Position numbers and translations under genes: made by a program
Source of the DNA: the human T2T-CHM13v2.0 reference genome, Homo sapiens
NCBI RefSeq assembly: GCF_009914755.1
Contig: NC_060926.1
Length of the DNA stretch: 64,000 nt
Reading direction: 5' to 3' (one strand)
The notes under the pieces: model-generated
What the model was told of the DNA's origin: nothing
Database searches by the model: none
What the model saw: the letters and a program-made list of their open reading frames with translations, nothing else
Shown: piece after piece, positions 56,213 to 64,000 of the stretch
How positions within the stretch are numbered: the first letter of the stretch is position 1
Layout of the letters: the number at the start of each line of letters is the position of its first letter

Positions 56213-57612
56213 CTGATCTGGGTTTAAGATGGTGATGCCCATATTAAACACCTACTAAGGCAGCTTCCTATCCTTTCTCTCTTCTGAAGTACAAATGGAG
56301 TTCAGGTTCCCCTCCAGACTCTTTCACCAAAGCTCCTTCTGAGAAAGATTCTTTGCCCCCAGTTCCCATTTCACTATATGAGAATGAACCCTGGAAATAT
56401 CTGGAATCAGAAGAATACCAAGAACCATAGGGTTCTCATCCCAACTGGGTGGACTATTGCCACTACTACAAGGGTGATATACCCCCACAGCAGACTCAAA
56501 AGACATGTATGCATAGGAAAACAGTCGCTGGGAATCCCTGCCCCATCTGCCAAGGTCACAAGTTGCATGTTGACTTTAGGAATGTTAAGCTCTTGGAACA
56601 GTTTGTCAGTGCCCACACGGGTATTATCTTCCACGCTCCATACACAGGAGTCTGTATGAAGCAGCACAAGATGTTGACCCATGCCATCCAGAAAGCCAGG
56701 GATCATGGTCTCCTCAGTTACCACATCTCCCAAGTTGAACCCCGGGACCTTGATTTTAGTGCCTCTCATGGAGCTATGAGTACTTCTCTGCCAGTCCCCA
56801 CCCTCGTCTCAGGTGAACCCTGGTACCTATGGTACAGCTGGAAACAGCCATCAGAGAAAGAACTGTCTCACCTTTGCCAGCTCTATCAGGATTATCTCTA
56901 AGAAGAGAGTGGCCCCCGCACCTGAGTCAATGCCCAAGATGCTTCCCACAACACCAGTGGAAGCCTCCTTCACTGAAGAGACAGGCCCCTAGAGTGCTCT
57001 GGAGTCATAGACTGGGAAGAGAGGCTGGGCCCAGAGGCTTATACCTGTAATAAGAGCACCAGTCTGAGGTGGGCAGATTGCTTGAGCCCAGGAGTTCAAG
57101 ACCAGCCTGGACAACAAGGCAAAACCCTGTCTCTACCAAAAATTACAAAAATTAGCATGGTGGCTTGTGCCTGTAGTCCCAGGTACTTGGGAGACTGAGG
57201 TGGGAGGATGGCTTGACCCCTAGAGATGAAAGTTATAGTGAGCCAAGATCATGCCACTGCACTCCAGCCTGGTGACAGAGCAAGACCCCCTCAAAAAAAA
57301 AAAATGTTTAAGAAAAAAAAAATACTGGGAAGAGACCCAGAGGGACTAGGAGGTAATGCCTAGATTTATATGATGGGATAGCACCCAGAAGAGTTATGTC
57401 TTTTATGGCCAAGGCAGATCCAGGAAAGAAATGAGTGTGCTGATAGGGATAAATCTGAAGCTGAGAGAGGGCAGTACAGAAGTGTATGGAAAACCCCAGC
57501 TCCTGTATATTGTAAATACATGGGCTGGGCTAAACCTTTTGCTGCTGTTTCAGAATTTTGCTACCTCAGCTTTTCTACAATTAAACTCTATCTCTAGTCA
57601 ACAAAAATACCT
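56213..57612 (+). pseudogene. MRPS18B: Processed pseudogene of mitochondrial ribosomal protein S18B (MRPS18B)
   Basis: ORF 56449-56901 [57 protein letters not shown] matches MRPS18B; intronless; ATG at 56229 followed by a frameshift and stops; premature TAA at 56899; ATTAAA near 57580; short A tail; TSD cacaacttac at 56203-56212 and 57613-57622. Confidence 0.96.
57023..57323 (+). mobile_element. AluJ within the pseudogene 3'UTR
   Basis: J-type dimer; 12-bp TSD actgggaagaga at 57011-57022 and 57324-57335. Confidence 0.92.
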
Positions 57613-59435
57613 CACAACTTACAGAAGTATATATTAATTAAAATTCTTATTCTTAGTTGCCTCAAATTTTAGTAAAAACCTGAGAAGCAAGAAATCCTGA
57701 ATGGTTTTTAGATGTCAGCATTTTATAGGTGAAACCATTCCACGGTTTTTAGAAACATGTTTTTTCGTATTATAATCCCTTTTCATTGGAAATGACCCAG
57801 ACATCTAGCAGGCATTGACTATTGAATTTAGAATAACTTTAAGATTTTAAATTACACAAAAAGCTTACCTACAAGTATTTATCCCTTTTATATGTATTTA
57901 ATTCTTTCATTTTTAAGAGTTTATCTAGATTACTTTTGAAAACACACATATTAGAGAAAGCTAGTTATCATTTCAACTTAATTTGTTATTAACCATTTTT
58001 ATAGCCTGTGAATATCAGGTGTTTACCTAAGAATGAAACTTAAAGTTAAATACATAGCTATTTTTGCCACTAACAAACAAGAATTTGCTGTTTTTATTGA
58101 ACCAGCAATATTAAGTTAGTCTTATCTGTCAAACAAATTACACAAGATTATTTTTGGCTGGGTTTATAGTCTAACAGCATTTGTGCCAAACCCTGACATC
58201 TTAATCAGTAAACTCAGATAAGAATGTATGCTAATAATTTTCAAGGCTTTTTAATTTCAATTTTATTAAAAAAATAAAAGTTTTTATTTATCAAAAATTA
58301 CTAAATTCATGTAAACTCAAAGAATATTTGGGCTTTTAAAATTTATGAGTATTCATTTACTTAGAAGCCATTTGGTAGCATGCTAGACATACCACATAGC
58401 ATAGTACAAATGTATACACTTAAATACATTTAAGCATGTATACACACACACACACACACACACAAACATACCCTCACACAAGATCCAATGGCTTTTACCT
58501 TGAAATTTTAGCCATGAGATAGTAATATAAATTACCCATTTTAGAAAATATAGCTGAATCTAATTTTTTAAACAAAATTGGAACCTATTGACCTGGCTAA
58601 ACTTTGTTTCCCCAGTACGTAATCCGAGGAAGGCTATGAATGAAAATTTGGGGAAAGTATTTTCTATGGCAGTTTATTTTAAAAACCCTGTTTTACTTTT
58701 TTGTTTTTTTCAGTCTCAAATGAGTTTCTAATGTTTTCATTTCAGTTAGACCATAAATAATGAGTCTTATCTCAGCACCAGCAGCTTAGTAACACCAGAT
58801 TCAAAGCAGACAGAGGAGAAAAGAGAGGAAAACATAGAGCTTTAGAAGACTCTACTTAACCCTAAAGTTGCAGGTTAACCATTTGAACTCTAGATTTTCC
58901 TTATTGTGCACAAAACCAATATTGACCATTGTACCCAGCTGTCTCTGGTGCCTTCCTGAAGGCCAGCCAGGTGTCTCTGACACCCCGTCTCAGAGGGTCT
59001 CCCCTAGGCACTTTAGCCTCAGAATGGAGATTTCTTCTAATCCCTCAAAAGTGTTCCCTTCACCTCTCAGTCTCTGTATCATCCTCCTCAAATGCTCTGG
59101 TTCCTCTCACACTTTAGAGAACTCCCACAGGGCCCTCTACTGAGGATGGGACCATGGTCTGGTGCAGGGCATCCTTGTGCACAGCCCTGATTTTGGGTGA
59201 GCATACCCACTGTGCTTAGCTTAGGGGGCCCTTCCCAGTACAGCTAGATAACCTTTGCCTGCCTGCTTATGATCTTACAACAATGATGTGTTACCTTCCC
59301 CAGAGCTGATCCCTGCACGGAAAGTCAAGACAAATGTGTGTTCATTACCAACTGATGCTGTCAGGTGCCAATTGTCGAGTCTCTAGGGTGGTAAGGGAGA
59401 TTCCCAAGCAGATAGATTGATCATCTAGCCCAGGA

Positions 59436-59454
59436 CCCCATGCTGGGTCACTAG
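59436..59454 (-). promoter_or_regulatory. Putative primer-binding site of the provirus
   Basis: TAGTGACCCAGCATGGGG begins a few nt after the 5'LTR terminal CA; loosely resembles the tRNA-Lys(CTT) PBS TGGCGCCCAACGTGGGGC. Confidence 0.6.
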
Positions 59455-60950
59455 TTTTGTTACTGACAAAGCCAGTACCCATAAAAACGGAGTCTTTCCC
59501 TGTTTGGTGTCATGAAGCCTTGACATAAAACTGAACATGAGCATCAAGCAGTAAAGGCTTTATTCAGTGTCCATAGAATTGAGAAGCAGGAACACGGCTT
59601 ACAAATCAACTTCTTGACGAGTGAGGGATGAATGGTTTAAAATATATAATTTTTTTTTCTAATAAATGGGTTGAACATTAAAAGCGAGGGGAGTAATCCC
59701 TGTCTTTTCGGGCAAGGGCAGTGAACTTCCCAGAACCAGTAGTATCACCTTCCTTTTGGTCCTTTTATGACTTCTTCCAGTCATTGTCATGGCAATTGCT
59801 AACTGTCATGGTGCTGGTGGGAGTCCCATTTAGCAAGGAAATTAGATTATAATGAAGCTTGAGATCTTTTAAAAGTCATTTGATCAGCTATCTTGGTTCT
59901 AACCAGTCTCAACTGGTCTGATTACAAAAGGAATTTTTTTACAGCAGGCATCCTGATTTTTAAGGATAAGCAGAGTTAGGGTGGGGCAGAAATTCAGCTC
60001 TATCATGTAGTGATTACACTGGGTAACAGTAGGTCTCCTAAGGCATCAACTATATGATATGAAGTTAGTCACTTCAGTGGCTTCAGAAAAGTTTCCTTAG
60101 TACCAGGTATTTTCTACATTGCTTCTTTCTGCATGAAATTAGTTCTAAAAGTAGTTGTTAATTTCTTTAGCCTATATAATATTTTTTGCCTAAAATACAT
60201 GCACCCTGAAAAAGAAAAACTGTCAACTTTTTTGGTCATTACAGCTTGTTTGTTTTCCAAAATAATCAACCTTCAATAAACCTTCCCGAGCGGAGAGATT
60301 GACCATCTAGCCCAGGGCCCCACGCTGGGTCACTAGTTTTGTTGGCTCATTAAATGCCAGATGTGGTATGAGGCTGCAGGCTTATCAAGGTGAATAAAGT
60401 ACTGAACATGTATGATCTCAAGAAAGTCTGCAATTCAGAAACGTCAGAAAATAAACAGATTATTTTAATGCAACTTGACATGTGCATTGACAGAGATTTG
60501 CCCAGGGTCCTGGTTGAAGGTCACCAGAGAGGAATCCTGAAATACAATTAGGGTTAATCTGTTGAAGGCAAAAGGTGGATATACTGTTTCAGACAGAAAG
60601 AGCTATGTCTACAATGGGTAAGAGGTTAGAAAGAGCGCAAAACACACTGGAAATTGCAGGGGACAATAGGCCTGGGACAGGGAGTCTGAGGGAGACAGGA
60701 AGAGGCCAGAGGGAGGTTGGGGCCATAGGCAGTGAGAAGTATGATCATATTATATTTATAAAATCATTTTTCCAAATCAGAATTCCTTCAGTAGGATAGA
60801 GAGTTTGCTTGGAAGGAATTGTAAGTTGGAACACAAGAGTCAGAAACTGTAGGAGAATTCTGTTTTTTTATTCATAGTTAACAACACATTGAAAACATCA
60901 CCATTTGAATCTATGTGAATTATCCTTTCCCTAATTTCAAAGGTATCTAC

Positions 60951-62034
60951 TGAGGACTAAGCTCTGACTTTTTTATCTTGCCCAAATTCCTATCTAAGAG
61001 GTCCAGGGAGTCATGCCCTACAAACCATAAATTCCCATCAGATGGGTTTTATTTAACCCTATATATTGTGACTTACTTTTCAATCTGACTCTGGCATAAC
61101 ATTATGAGACAAGGAAAAAAGTCAAAATATTTAACCCAAAATATATTCCTTTGCCATGCCTTCAAATTGCTCTGCAAAGTCTTGTGGGAAATACCCACAT
61201 TCTACAGAGAATTCCCTTTCCCCTTTGTTTTCCTTCCTTCCTTTCCAGATCCAGAAGACAATCAACTAAGGGCCAGGCACCCTTTTAGGTCTGATAAGAA
61301 ACATTTTACAACCTGCTCTCTCTCTGAAGTCTGCTATCTGAGAGCTTCCTCTGCACAATAAAACTTGGTCTCCACAATCCTTTATCGTAACCTAAACATT
61401 TCCTTTCTATTATTTTTTTTTTTTTTCAGATGGAGTCTCACTCTGTTACCCAGGCTGGAGCGCAGTGACATGATATCAGCTTACTGCAACCTCCGCCTCC
61501 CGTGTTCAAGTGATTTTCCCACCTCAGCCTCTTGAGTAGCTGGGATTACAGGCGCCCACCACCAAGCCCAGCTAATTTTTTGTATTTTTAGTAGAGTGGG
61601 GTTTCACCATGTTGGCCAGGCTGGTCTCCATCTCCTGACCTTGTGAATCCGCCTGCCTCGGCCTCCCAAAATGCTGGGATTACAGGCGTGAGCCACCACA
61701 TCAGGCCGATTTCCTTTCTCTTGATCCCAGGTCTTCAGAACAACTCAAGCAATTGTCAAATAGAAAATGTTTAAATTTACCTATAGCCTGGAAGCCCCGG
61801 CTTTGAGTTGTCCCGCCTTTCTGAACGAAACCAATGTATTTTTAAAATGTGTTTGATTGATTGATTGATGTCTCATGCCTTCCTAAAATGTATAAAACCA
61901 AGCTGTACCCCGACCACCTTGGGAACATACTTTCAGCACCTCCTGAAGGTTGTGTCATGGGCCATAGTCACTCTTTTTTGGCCCAGAATAAATCTCCTAA
62001 ATTATTTTACAGAGTTTGACTCTTTTCATCAACA
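60951..62034 (+). mobile_element. MER4-family (MER4E-like) solo LTR, interrupted by an Alu
   Basis: Starts tgaggactaagctctgacttttttatcttgcccaaattcc and ends agagtttgactcttttcatcaaca; AATAAA near 61987; TSD ctac/ctgc. Confidence 0.88.
61412..61707 (-). mobile_element. AluS inside the MER4 LTR
   Basis: Full antisense dimer; TSD atttcctttct on both sides. Confidence 0.94.
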
Positions 62035-63280
62035 CTGCAAGTAATATTAAATCATTTTATGTGTGTGACTATAGATTATACAGAGAATCCACTGAAAGAT
62101 ACAAGTCTTCTTCTTCTATAAAAGTGTATGTATGTATCTATATGAAACTGTGTATACTTAATTTCAAGGTGTTCATAGTTTTCCTGAAGCCCATTCATAG
62201 TTGCTTTAGGGAATTGAATTAAGAATCTTAAATCTAGTACTTATGTATCAATTTGAAATAAGTATGTTTGTCCCCTTCCCCTAAACCCACCAGTACACAA
62301 CAATAATTTTTGTTTCCAATTCATTCATCTAGTGACCAGAAACATGAAGTACTACATTACTTGGCTTCTGGGCAGGACCAGATGTATATCACTCTGGTTA
62401 CATAATCCCTTATCTATGAGTGTATAAACTTCCAGGGAGTAGTACCTTTCCTTATGTCCATTATAAATCACTCAGATGGTATTATAGCCCTATTTCCTTC
62501 TGTTTCATTCTCACTGGAGTTAGAGGCCAAATGTGAACACAGCTTAAAGAGTCATTTTGCAGGAGTAAGTGTAGGTGCTTGAAGCAGGGGCCCCATCATT
62601 TATGGTTACAAGATGTCACAATAACTTTATTAAGGGAATAGATGTTTATCCATGTTCTTAGTGAAGCTCAATTAAAAAACTACACCTACCCTTCGGATGT
62701 TTCCCTCTATTGAGCCCTTGAAACAGCTGTCTTTGGCTTTAGAGTACAGTGGAAATCTTTTGTTAAAAAGTGAGAAAAGTGGAGAGTTTTATTTTTTCAT
62801 TTATTTCTGCTCTGCCACTTCTATATGCCTTCCAATGTAAGCTTAATTCACACAGCAGGTGCATACTCATTTGATTGAATGACTATTTTTTAAACAAAGC
62901 CTGGCACATAATTATAAAGCCTCTAGTTAACATAAAAGTTAATATATATTTTCCATACCTTTCAAGTTGGAAAAATACAAATTCCATGCCAAATATTTTA
63001 ATCACCTAAATGTGGATCTACAGTGATAAAAATGAAAGCCACTTAAGAAGTGTCCTGATCTGCACACAACCTTACATATTCCTCAGTGAAAGGCAGGCTG
63101 AAAAGCTTTGTGATACACAGGAGGTAGGCATTTTTTGACAGTCATATCTGTCTGTCTGCACACCTGAGAGATTATGGAGAGATAGTTCATTGTGAGCTTC
63201 GATTAACAGAAAATGTCCAGTGGTTGAAATCCCAGTAAAAATTATATATACATATATAGTTTGAGCCAAGTGTTTGATTA

Positions 63281-63629
<349 letters not shown>

Positions 63630-64000
63630 TCAATAAAACAAAAATGGTTGATGATTGTAAGATTCCTTGAAAGCCTTCTTATCTCAAACTATTTTCATCA
63701 CAAGTCATATCTTCCACGTACTATAAACATTCCTTTCAGTTAGAAGGAATCCTCACAAAATACTGGAGAATTGTAACACGTAAACCTAGTTGTTAACCAC
63801 ATTGAGATGGATTTATTAGATTTATCAATTTCAATTATCAATTTATCAATTTTGTATCTCTTGTTTTTTTCCCCTAGGGACTTGTCTAAATTCTGAGTGA
63901 TGAAGACGTTATGGTGCCAAAACATTCATTTGATGAGAAGTCAATTGGGGGTCAGTTTATTGATTGGTTAAGGTACCCCTTTATTCATCCATGTTCAACC

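Larger units (their letters stand above)
51574..60028 (-). mobile_element. Decayed class I (ERV1, gamma-like) provirus: 5'LTR, PBS, long leader, gag, pro-pol, env, PPT, partial 3'LTR
   Basis: 5'LTR 59458-60028 (TG...CA); homologous 3'LTR remnant 51574-51713; PPT aaaagggggtatt at 51714-51726; RT, integrase and env motifs in the expected order. Confidence 0.9.

Noticed and set aside
63890-64000. Possible C/D-box snoRNA (TGATGA near 63898 and 63931)
   Set aside because: No downstream CTGA D box or terminal stem within the window.

Overview
This is AT-rich, gene-poor primate (human-like) nuclear DNA made mostly of layered transposable-element relics. I find no intact protein-coding gene, RNA gene, CRISPR array or prokaryotic system, and almost all ORF-track entries are chance or repeat-derived ORFs. 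The main contents are: three large L1s (a near-full-length L1PB-like copy interrupted by a MaLR; an old L1M 5' half with a ~112-bp tandem array in its 5' UTR; an L1PA7/8-like copy with a twin-priming 5' inversion that splits a MER58), three solo LTRs with target-site duplications (TSDs), and a decayed minus-strand class I (gamma-like) provirus at 51574-60028. An MRPS18B processed pseudogene, itself containing an Alu, is inserted in that provirus's leader. There are also about 13 Alus/monomers, MIR/L2 pieces and hAT/Tigger MITEs. The most unusual observations are structural: an ectopic 61-bp copy of the proviral PBS/leader outside the LTR, several templated-duplication scars, and a CpG-retaining ~400-bp patch with a MARE/AP-1 motif. 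I cannot support a previously undescribed biological system here. Repeat subfamily names are recalled from consensus sequences by eye and need RepeatMasker/Dfam confirmation.
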